Shown: one piece after another, positions 25,438 to 33,907 of the stretch
Numbering within the stretch: the first letter of the stretch is position 1
Layout of the letters: every line of letters starts with the position of its first letter
Virus record (IMG/VR): IMGVR_UViG_3300045988_092303
Direction: 5' to 3' (one strand)
Length of the DNA stretch: 64,000 nucleotides
Origin: a virus
Position numbers and translations under genes: made by a program
Notes under the pieces: generated by a model
Seen by the model: the letters and a program-made list of their open reading frames with translations, nothing else
Told to the model about the DNA's origin: nothing
Databases searched by the model: none

Positions 25438-28139
25438 TAAGAAAGTACGGACTCGATTTAACGCAGGCTACTCTGAAAGAGTGGGCAATGAAGAACGGCA
25501 TGGATGCTGATATTAAGTCCATGACGCAGTCAGAAAAGGCAATGTTGCGGTATCAGTACGTCCTAGCAAATACCACGGCAGCACAAGGGGACTTCGCCAG
25601 AACAGCCGATAGCTGGGCCAATCAGGTACGAATTTTGAAGCAGAACTTCCAGCAGTTAGGCGGCATTATTGGTGGGGCACTGATTAACGCATTCAAACCG
25701 TTTTTACGGACTCTGAATTTTGTTATGCAAAAGGTAATCAGTTTTGCAACAATGGTAACAAATGCCCTTGGCGCAATATTCGGCTGGAAATTTGAAGTGT
25801 CCGGCGGTGGTGTAGCTGATGACTGGTCAGATGCGGCAAGTTCAGCTGATGATCTGGCAGACAGTACCGGTAAAGCAGCTGACAATACAAAGAAGATGAA
25901 AACCAACCTTCTGGCTATTGACGAATTAAATGTACTTAACCCGGATGATTCAGATTACGGTTCCGGCGGTTCTGGTTCCGGTGCAGGTGGCGCAGGTGGC
26001 GGTGCAGGTGGTCTGGTTAAGACAGACACTATCTGGAAAGATTTTGAGAGTAATATCAAAGATCTGTATCAGCTTGGTGAGTATATACGTGATGCACTTA
26101 TCGGTGCAATGGAAAGCATTGACTGGGACAGTGTGTATGAAAAAGCACGAAACTTTGGAACTGGCTTAGCACAGTTTCTTAATGGACTCTTTGCTGATGC
26201 TAACGGTATTACGCTTTTTGGAGAAGTCGGAAAAACCATTGCAAGCGCGCTGAACACAGTGATCTATGCAGCACTGGCGTTTGGACAGGAATTTGATTTT
26301 ACGCAATTTGGATATAATATAGCAGATGGAATTAACCATTTTTTTGAAACATTCGATTTTGCTTCTTTAGCTGAAACTCTTAATGTATGGGCAAATGGAA
26401 TTTTAAATGCTGCACAAGAAGCAGTAAGTGCTGTGCATTGGAATGAAGTGTTTAAAGGAATTGGTACTCTGTTTTTCAATTTGGACGCAACTGCAATAGT
26501 CGAGGTGCTTGCACTTGGATTTGCTTGGAAAAATAAAGCTAAAATATTAAAAATGGCTGGTCTTTCTTTAGCAAAAGTGTTTGTTGGCGGAATTAAACTA
26601 TCAGATATTTTAGTATCTATAACAAAATTGAGTTTTGTTCTTCCTGGAACACCTGCTTTTGATGTAATCGCAAGCAGAATTCTCGATACGTTAAGTGATT
26701 GCCTTAGAAACTTGATTCCAGATTGGGCATTCGAAGCATTGAGTAAAATAGGTGCAGGATTAGTACTTGGTGCGGCTGGTGGTTCTTGGCTTCCTGGCCT
26801 TGGAACTATTGCAGGTGCAATTGTTGGAGGAATTGTAGGTGCATTAGATTCGATTGAAATTGATGGACAAAGTATTCTTCAAAATATCTTTGGAAAAATT
26901 TTCAATTTTGATACCACAATGGTGTTTTTTGAATCTGCCAAAGAAAATTTTAAAAAAGGCGGATTATATATAATTCTTGGGATTATTGAAGGAATCGAAG
27001 GTGCTATCAGCCTTTTACTAGAGCCAATCGCAGATGTGTTTACTTCTGTTATCGAATTTTTTTGCAATGTGTTTGGAATCCACAGTCCTGCTGAAACAAT
27101 GAAACCAATTGGAGAAAATATTATCAGAGGTATAATTGTCGGTTTTAGTGAAACAGTTGGAGAATTTCTTGTTGAATTCCAAAGCCTTGCAACTTCTGTT
27201 ACAGATTATTTGAATGAAAATTTAATTGTTCCGGTAGTAGAAATATTCACTATAGCCAGCCAGAATATAGAAAATTTGTTCAGTAATGCGTGGATAGCAA
27301 TACAAGGAATTTGGTCTGTAGTATCAGCATGGTTTAATTCTACGGTGATCGTGCCGACTGTAAATTTCTTTACTACCATGAAAAACACTGTAACTAATCT
27401 TTTCCGATTACTGTGGACAGCTGTTCAAAATATCTGGATTGTTGTATCATCATGGTTTAACAACAACGTTATTGTGCCGACGGTAACATTTTTCACAAAG
27501 TTCTACGAAAAAGTGAAAAAATTATTCTCTGATTTGTGGTCAAATGTGCAGGAAATCTGGAAAGTGGTTTCCGGCTGGTTTAGTGATAATGTTATCACTC
27601 CGGTATCAAATTCATTTTCAGAAGCATGTAAAAATATTGCATCATACTTTGAAAATTTGTGGAAAAATGTGAAAAATGGCGTTGTCGGTGCTATGAACGT
27701 AGTCATTCAATCTGTAGAAAAAGCGGTTAATGGCGTTATTTCTATGCTGAATACGTTGCACTGGGAAATCCCGGACTGGGTGCCGGAGTTTGGTGGAAGA
27801 TCGTTTGGTTTTCATATTAAACCTATAGCTTTGGAAAGAATCCCGATGTATGAAGTCGGAGGTTTCCCGGAGGACGGCTTGTTCTTTGCTAATCACAATG
27901 AAATGGTTGGTCAGTTCTCGAATGGCAGAACTGCAGTAGCAAACAATGAACAGATCGTTGCCGGAATCCGTGAAGGTGTTAAGGCTGCGGTTACGGAAGC
28001 ACTGGCTCCTTATCTGTCAGACATTGCAGATACAAACCGGGAGATTGCCGAGAAGGATGCATCCATCAATGTGGATGGCCGGGAACTGGTTAATGCGATT
28101 AACAGCCGGATTAGCCGGAACGGTTTCAGTTTCACGTAA
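25438..28139 (+). CDS. tape measure protein, exon 2
   Basis: In-frame RKYGLDLTQATLKEWAMKNG... upstream of the first ATG (25488). Gly-rich and hydrophobic TMP-like repeats (NxxIVPTVxFF x4). 4044 nt total when spliced. Confidence 0.75.
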
Positions 28140-28144
28140 AATTA

Positions 28145-28180
28145 AGGCGGTGGGGTAAAACCTGCCGCCTCTTTTCTTTT
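28145..28180 (+). terminator. intrinsic terminator after the tape measure gene
   Basis: AGGCGG...CCGCCT stem plus CTTTTCTTTT. Confidence 0.6.
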
Positions 28181-28231
28181 ACCTTTTTTCGTGGTATAAT
28201 CTGCATATATTTTCATGGGAGGAAAAGTTGT

Positions 28232-28855
28232 ATGGAGAAGAAAGAAACAAAATTATGTAAATATTGCCAGACGGAAATTCCAAAAAAAGCAAAAGTTTGT
28301 CCTAATTGCAAACGCAGGCAGGGCGGAATAGGATGTTTAGGTGTTGTTTTGCTAGTTTTAGGTGTTTTCATTTTTATCGGCTCGTTTGGTGCTTCTATGA
28401 GCAAGGATAAAAATCCGGAAAAGGTAGGAGAAGTTGGAACTGAACTTTCTGAAACTGGAACGCAGACAATTGACAATACTTTCAATGTTGGTGATGTAGT
28501 AGAAACTGATAATTTTAGAATCACCTATGAGTCTGCCGGAGAGTACACAGACAGCAATGAGTTTTTACAGCCGAAAGACGGATATGTATACTGGGAGTTT
28601 AAATTTAAATTTGAGAACATTTCCAATACAGATCAAACAGTTTCCACCATGATGGACTGGGAATGTTATGCGGATAATTCAAAAGCAGATCAGACATGGA
28701 TTGTTGATGATAATGGACTTGACGGAAAATTATCTGCCGGAAGAGAAGCAGAAGGAGCTGTGTATTTTGAGGTTCCCAAAGATGCTGAAAACATTGAACT
28801 TGAATATGATATTAACTTCTGGCAAAGTGACAAAATTATTTTTGTTGGGAAGTAA
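28232..28855 (+). CDS. zinc-ribbon / TM / DUF4352-like membrane protein (moron)
   Basis: N-terminal CKYC...CPNC, one TM helix, Ig-like DUF4352-type domain (FRITYESAGEYTD...YWEFKFKFENISN...GAVYFEVPKD). Own extended -10 promoter (TGgTATAAT 28192-28200) and terminator. Confidence 0.65.
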   Translation: MEKKETKLCKYCQTEIPKKAKVCPNCKRRQGGIGCLGVVLLVLGVFIFIGSFGASMSKDKNPEKVGEVGTELSETGTQTIDNTFNVGDVVETDNFRITYESAGEYTDSNEFLQPKDGYVYWEFKFKFENISNTDQTVSTMMDWECYADNSKADQTWIVDDNGLDGKLSAGREAEGAVYFEVPKDAENIELEYDINFWQSDKIIFVGK

Positions 28856-28863
28856 CAGTTTTT

Positions 28864-28892
28864 GGGGCAGAGAAATCTGCCCTTATTTTTTT
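28864..28892 (+). terminator. intrinsic terminator
   Basis: GGGCAGA-GAAA-TCTGCCC hairpin plus T-run. Confidence 0.7.
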
Positions 28893-28903
28893 GTAAAAAA
28901 GTG

Positions 28904-28932
28904 TTGACTAAATGTCATGACAATTATATAAT
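28904..28932 (+). promoter_or_regulatory. near-consensus promoter
   Basis: TTGACT, 17 nt, TATAAT. Confidence 0.7.
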
Positions 28933-28963
28933 ACAATTAAATCAAATGAAAGGAGCGGATGAA

Positions 28964-29143
28964 ATGTCACCTAGAAATGGTAGACCACCATCAGAAAACC
29001 CAAAATCTCATAGAGAAAGTTTTCGATTATCTGATGATGACATGATGAAGTTAAATTATTGCATGGAAAAAACCGGAATGAAGAAAACGGAAGTCATCAG
29101 AAAAGGCATTGATTTGGTCTATAATAAACTAAAAAAGGAGTAA
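28964..29143 (+). CDS. ribbon-helix-helix transcriptional regulator
   Basis: AGGAG RBS then ATG 28964. HRESFRLSDDDMMKLNYCMEKTGMKKTEVIRKGIDLVY fits an RHH fold. Confidence 0.6.
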   Translation: MSPRNGRPPSENPKSHRESFRLSDDDMMKLNYCMEKTGMKKTEVIRKGIDLVYNKLKKE

Positions 29144-29258
29144 CCTACGTGTACTTGGCGGTATCAGGGTTACTCCAATGGGACACATCCACAAGGGATA
29201 TGCACTAATACTGTAGCATACCTCTTGTGGAAAATCAATATTTCACAGGAGGTTTTTT

Positions 29259-29423
29259 ATGGTAACAGAACAGTACAAAGCATTATTATCTCAACTTACA
29301 GAGGAATGCGATAACGCATTATATCTTCGTAGCGCAGTTATTTTCATGGCAACACTGAATGACAAGGAACTGACGGAATCTGATGGTGTTCTCAAAATTA
29401 CGAAGAAAGGCGGTGCTCATTGA
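29259..29423 (+). CDS. small hypothetical protein (54 aa)
   Basis: AGGAGG RBS; below the track cutoff; stop overlaps the next ATG. Confidence 0.4.
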   Translation: MVTEQYKALLSQLTEECDNALYLRSAVIFMATLNDKELTESDGVLKITKKGGAH

Positions 29424-29575
29424 TGGAAGAGAACAGAAAGAAAATTCACGAGATGGTTGACTGCATGGACACTGACGGGAGGTTAGCATACTGGGAGACA
29501 TTCATGAGACGCTGGTTAGAATATTGGGGGCATGGATGCTTGGACAACATGGGAAAGAAAGGCGGTGTGCAGTAA
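29423..29575 (+). CDS. small protein, tandem paralog 1 (50 aa)
   Basis: MEENRKKIHEMVDCMDTDGRLAYWETFMRRWLEYWG; AAAGGCGGTG RBS. Confidence 0.45.
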   Translation: MEENRKKIHEMVDCMDTDGRLAYWETFMRRWLEYWGHGCLDNMGKKGGVQ

Positions 29576-29697
29576 TGGAAGAAAACAGAAAGAAATTGCA
29601 TGAAATGGTTGACTGTATGAACACCGAGGAAATGCTTGCCTACTGGGAGACTTTTATGAGGCTCTGGCTGGAAGAGTGGGGAGGTGACTGTTTATGA
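29575..29697 (+). CDS. small protein, tandem paralog 2 (40 aa)
   Basis: MEENRKKLHEMVDCMNTEEMLAYWETFMRLWLEEWG, near-duplicate of the preceding ORF. Confidence 0.45.
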   Translation: MEENRKKLHEMVDCMNTEEMLAYWETFMRLWLEEWGGDCL

Positions 29698-29828
29698 GTT
29701 ACAAAGAAGAGATTGTTAAGATGCTGGAATGTATCAGCAATGAGCGGATTTTGAAACTCATTTACGGATTTGTCCGTAGCGGTTACAGAGAGGACAGAGC
29801 AATGAAAGGCGGTGCCAGAAATGACTGA
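29694..29828 (+). CDS. small protein (44 aa)
   Basis: MSYKEEIVKMLECISNERILKLIYGFVRSGY; same architecture as the 38872 ORF. Confidence 0.4.
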   Translation: MSYKEEIVKMLECISNERILKLIYGFVRSGYREDRAMKGGARND

Positions 29829-30570
29829 TATTCAGATTTTTAATAACCCGGATTTTGGAGACATTAGAACCGTTGAGGTTGACGGAAAACCATATTTTGT
29901 TGGAAGAGACATTGCAAAAGCATTAGGATATAGTGACCCGCACAAAGCAGTATCCCGGCACTGTAAGGGTGGGATGAAATATCCCATAGGGGTGCAAACT
30001 GGTACGGGAGCTGATGGAACACCGATAATACAGGATATAGATATGCTTATCATTTCAGAAGGTGATGTTTACAGACTCATTATAAAGTCGCAGTTGCCGG
30101 CAGCAGAAAAGTTTGAAGGATGGGTAATGGATGAAGTCCTCCCGGCAATTAGGAAGAACGGCTCTTACACCATGCCGATCAGCACCAACGACAAGATCAT
30201 GCTTCTTGCGCAGGGACATATGGAGTTGCAACAGGAGGTTGACAGCATTAAGAAGGACATGGAGAGTCTGAAAATGGATTTACCGATTCTTCCAGTAGAG
30301 GAAGACCGGATAACATCCGCTGTGAAGCGCAAGGGACTGGCTGTGATGGGCGGTAAGACCTCTAATGTGTACCGGGATAAATCCATCCGCCGGAAGGTGT
30401 ATCAGGGCATCTATGCGAATTTGAAGTACAACTTCCAGATCAAGACCTATCGGGCATTGAAACGGAGTCAGGTGGACAAGGCTATTGAGATCATCAATAA
30501 CTACCAGCCGCCGTATGTTCTGGCAGAACAGATAGACTCTGCAAATGCACAGCAGACCTTGATATTCTAG
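29821..30570 (+). CDS. Bro-N domain antirepressor-like protein
   Basis: IQIFNNPDFGDIRTVEVDGKPYFVGRDIAKALGY Bro-N motif; C-terminal ORF6C-like region. Confidence 0.75.
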   Translation: MTDIQIFNNPDFGDIRTVEVDGKPYFVGRDIAKALGYSDPHKAVSRHCKGGMKYPIGVQTGTGADGTPIIQDIDMLIISEGDVYRLIIKSQLPAAEKFEGWVMDEVLPAIRKNGSYTMPISTNDKIMLLAQGHMELQQEVDSIKKDMESLKMDLPILPVEEDRITSAVKRKGLAVMGGKTSNVYRDKSIRRKVYQGIYANLKYNFQIKTYRALKRSQVDKAIEIINNYQPPYVLAEQIDSANAQQTLIF

Positions 30571-30593
30571 GGAAAAACTGCTATAATAAAATC

Positions 30594-30744
30594 AAATTCA
30601 GCCGAATCCATCAGCTCCGCCCGGCTTGTCGTTGAGGGGAGAACGGGGCGAAAAGGATAGGACGAATCGAGCAAGGACGGCAAACATTTTGAGAAGCACG
30701 CTCACTGGACATGGTAGAGATACTGTGTCTGGTGGGCGTTTTTT
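30594..30744 (+). ncRNA. conserved 5' leader RNA, copy B, ending in an intrinsic terminator
   Basis: Extended -10 TGcTATAAT (30579-30587). Terminator CGCTCACTGGA (30699-30709) / TCTGGTGGGCG (30728-30738) plus TTTTTT. Blocks shared with 1475-1634. Confidence 0.55.
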
Positions 30745-30775
30745 GTTTGTCTGAAAAATGGGAGGAAAGGGAAAA

Positions 30776-31498
30776 ATGGAAGAAACGAAGATTTTTAAGA
30801 GCGAAGAGTTTGGAGAAGTTAGAACTGCTGTGATCGACGGTGAAGCATGGTTCGTTGGCAAGGACGTTGCGGATATTCTTGGGTACCAGAATGGAAGCAG
30901 GGACATCAATGCACACGTAGACGATGAAGACAGAAGAATTATCAAAAGTACCGAAACGGTATCTTTGGATATTCCAAGTAGAGGAATGCTTTTAATCAAT
31001 GAGTCAGGTCTCTACAGCCTTATTCTTTCAAGTAATATGCCGAACGCAAAGAAATTCAAAAAGTGGGTGACATCAGAGGTACTGCCGTCCATCAGAAAAC
31101 ATGGCATCTATGCCACTGACAATGTGATCGACAACATCCTGAATAACCCGGACTTTGGCATTGAGCTTCTTACAAAGCTGAAAGAAGAACGTGCAGCAAG
31201 GGTAGAAGCTGAGAAAAAGAATGCGATCCTTACCCATGTGAATAAAACATATACCATGACCGAGATTGCGAAGGAACTGAATCTGAAATCTGCCGTGGAG
31301 CTGAACAAAATCCTGGCGGATAAGAAGATCCAGTACAAGGTGAATGGAACATGGGTACTTTATTCCGATTATAGCAATCTTGGGTACGAAGATATCAAGC
31401 AGGAAGTCCTTGACAACGGAAGGGTGATTTATCACCGGAAGATCACACAGATGGGACGGGCATTTATCCTTGGACTTTTTGAGGACAAGGCGTCATAA
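30776..31498 (+). CDS. Bro-N + KilA-C/ANT type phage antirepressor
   Basis: IFKSEEFGEVRTAVIDGEAWFVGKDVADILGY Bro-N motif. C-terminal TMTEIAKELNLKSAVELNKILADKKIQYK...WVLY resembles an antirepressor C-domain. Confidence 0.75.
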   Translation: MEETKIFKSEEFGEVRTAVIDGEAWFVGKDVADILGYQNGSRDINAHVDDEDRRIIKSTETVSLDIPSRGMLLINESGLYSLILSSNMPNAKKFKKWVTSEVLPSIRKHGIYATDNVIDNILNNPDFGIELLTKLKEERAARVEAEKKNAILTHVNKTYTMTEIAKELNLKSAVELNKILADKKIQYKVNGTWVLYSDYSNLGYEDIKQEVLDNGRVIYHRKITQMGRAFILGLFEDKAS

Positions 31499-31647
31499 AG
31501 ATTAGCAGTAGTCAGTGGTTTATGGAGGTTCGACTCCTCCGGCTGCTTTTACAACTGGATAGGGTAGCTCCCGAAGAGCGGAAATCCTACACCGCCTGCC
31601 AGTTGTTTTTCATAAATGTAGGAGTCTATTTGTAGGAGGTAGAGTAT

Positions 31648-32382
31648 ATGGAAAGAAAATCAAGAAAATTAGCAACAGAAAAGCAAATTTTATATGCAAA
31701 TGCAATTGCAAAATCCCTTGAAATTGATTTGTGTTTTAAAAATGGTGATCCATATTATACGGTTTCAAAATTTATTAAAGAAAATGAAGAATACTATAAA
31801 GAAAATATCAAAATGGCAACACCAAGACAAATTGATTATGCAAATGCTATTTCTGACGAACTTAAAATCGAAAAGAAATTTGATGAAACTGCTCTTGCAA
31901 AAGATGTTGCAAAATTTATAAGCGATCATGGAGAGGAATTTGCCCTGAATTGTGCAAAAAAGAAATATTTGGAAGAAAAAGTTGGATATATAAATAAAAA
32001 TGGAGAATTTATTAGTTTTCCATTTGAATGTTGCGAATTTATGAGCGAAAACTTATATGGAAAACATGGAGTATATGCATTTTTAGATGGTTCTGAAAAT
32101 GTAGTCTATATAGGAAAATCCATAAATCTCGCAGATAGAATAACAGGTTCATACCATGAAAGACAAGATGGAAGAATCGAAAAAATCATGTATTACACAG
32201 ATGAAAGTATGGCAAATGCTCATGTTTTGGAACTTATTTTGATAAACAAATATAAACCGATTTTTAATACGGATTGCAAATCTGATGATGATTTTACTTT
32301 ATTTCCATGCGATATAAGCATTGAAAAAGATTTTAAAGTTCTTCCGTATTTTTCAAATAAATGTAAGGAGGTAAATGCATGA
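31648..32382 (+). CDS. GIY-YIG domain protein with duplicated N-terminal motif
   Basis: C-terminal HGVYAFLDGSENVVYIGKSINLADR...ELILINKYKPIFN (GIY-YIG). N-terminal repeats KQILYANAIAKSLEI / RQIDYANAISDELKI. Confidence 0.65.
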   Translation: MERKSRKLATEKQILYANAIAKSLEIDLCFKNGDPYYTVSKFIKENEEYYKENIKMATPRQIDYANAISDELKIEKKFDETALAKDVAKFISDHGEEFALNCAKKKYLEEKVGYINKNGEFISFPFECCEFMSENLYGKHGVYAFLDGSENVVYIGKSINLADRITGSYHERQDGRIEKIMYYTDESMANAHVLELILINKYKPIFNTDCKSDDDFTLFPCDISIEKDFKVLPYFSNKCKEVNA

Positions 32383-33389
32383 ATTACAAAGAGCTTTTAT
32401 ACAACAAAGATGCTGCATTAACCTTCTTTCCTAGACTGGCCGTAATTTTTAATAAATACGATGACATTGAGTCAGAGAAAGTTTTTCGTGAGACAGGGGA
32501 AAAAAGAAAATCTGATAAAAGTGGTCTTTCAAAAGCAATTGTTATTAACCAGCTTAATTACTGGTTAGGTATTAACCAGAAGAGTGGTAACAATTTTAGA
32601 GATGGTTATTACTGGACGTATAATACATATCAAATGTGGGCGGATAATGACTTCGTTTTTTGGTCTGCTGATACCGTAAAACGGGTATTTACTTCCCTAG
32701 AAAAAATCGGAGTTGTTGTTTCTACGTCAGCATATAACAAACTTAGACTTGATAAAACAAAGTGGTACAGGATTGATTATGATAGATTGCAGGAAGTTAT
32801 TGACACCGTAGAAGAAGACGAAAAAACACGAGCAGTGCAATGTGCACCGTCGAGGAGGGCAATGTGCACCGTCGAGGAGGGCAATGTGCACCATAGAGGA
32901 GGGCAACTTGCACCGAGCAATACCATAGACTACACAGAGACTTCTTCAGAGACTACATCAGAGAGTATGAGAGTATGCTCTTTTTCAGCGGAAAAAGAGG
33001 TCTCTCCCACATCTGAAGGTGGTACGTTATCTCCTACGGTCACAAAAGCCATTGACGAGGCAATGACGGAAGAAGGAGAATCTCCAGATAGCTTCTGTAG
33101 AGCCGAATTGAAGGATATAGCTGAATACTTTGTAAGCGAATATGCCAGAACGCAAGGAAAGCCGCATAAGCCACTCACAAGACCGGCTATTAGCAATATC
33201 GTATACAATTACTTGCATCAAGACGAGGACGAATACGGAATCATGGATGATGTGTGGACGCTAGACCAGTACATTCCGTTAATTGATATGTATATGCAGA
33301 CGAACTACCGGGAGGGCATAGAAAAGAGCCTGTCCCACTTTATGTCCGGTTCTATCCGCCGGAATTTAAAAGCAAAATTGATAGAGTAA
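32379..33389 (+). CDS. replication initiator / replisome-organizer-like winged-helix protein
   Basis: N-terminal AIVINQLNYWLG...YWTYNTYQMWADN..FWSADTVKRVFTSLEKIGVVV pattern of DnaD/Rep-organizer N-domains; internal 22-bp iterons. Confidence 0.55.
   Translation: MNYKELLYNKDAALTFFPRLAVIFNKYDDIESEKVFRETGEKRKSDKSGLSKAIVINQLNYWLGINQKSGNNFRDGYYWTYNTYQMWADNDFVFWSADTVKRVFTSLEKIGVVVSTSAYNKLRLDKTKWYRIDYDRLQEVIDTVEEDEKTRAVQCAPSRRAMCTVEEGNVHHRGGQLAPSNTIDYTETSSETTSESMRVCSFSAEKEVSPTSEGGTLSPTVTKAIDEAMTEEGESPDSFCRAELKDIAEYFVSEYARTQGKPHKPLTRPAISNIVYNYLHQDEDEYGIMDDVWTLDQYIPLIDMYMQTNYREGIEKSLSHFMSGSIRRNLKAKLIE
32837..32916. repeat. 3.6 tandem copies of a 22-bp iteron (candidate origin)
   Basis: GCAATGTGCACCGTCGAGGAGG x2, GCAATGTGCACCATAGAGGAGG, GCAACTTGCACCGA. 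The period is not a multiple of 3. Confidence 0.8.
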
Positions 33390-33487
33390 GAATCATACCG
33401 GGTGCCGACGACGTAGGCATCCGCTAACCAGAAAAAGATACTGGCAGACTGCCGGAGGGCACTTCTGCCGAGAACGGAGGTGCCTGT

Positions 33488-33901
33488 ATGGCAACAAAAA
33501 TAGTACGAGCAGGTTCCGGCCTGTCTTCTTTCTTGAATGTGAACGGGGTAGATTTCCCGTGCCCTAGGGTGGGATTTTCGTATATTATCAGCACAACGGT
33601 AAATGCAGGGCGAAATGCGAACAATGCGGTTATTGGCCAGAGAGTAGGAAGAGACATTTTTAAACTGAACAATTTGGAATGGGCAATGCTGGATGCAGAA
33701 ACATGGCAGCGGATGTTAAAAGCAATTAAACCATTTTATGTGCCGGTAACTTTTGAAGATTATCGGACAGGTCGTCCGATCACCATTACAATGTATCCGG
33801 GAGACAGGACGGCAACACCATTATTTGCAGACCCGGATTCTCACATTGTTACAAAGTATGAAAACTGCAAATTCAATCTGATTGATGCCGGTTGGGAGTG
33901 A
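33488..33901 (+). CDS. tail component (possible distal tail protein)
   Basis: First structural-looking ORF after the island; precedes the large tail protein. Confidence 0.35.
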   Translation: MATKIVRAGSGLSSFLNVNGVDFPCPRVGFSYIISTTVNAGRNANNAVIGQRVGRDIFKLNNLEWAMLDAETWQRMLKAIKPFYVPVTFEDYRTGRPITITMYPGDRTATPLFADPDSHIVTKYENCKFNLIDAGWE

Positions 33902-33907
33902 TAGATC

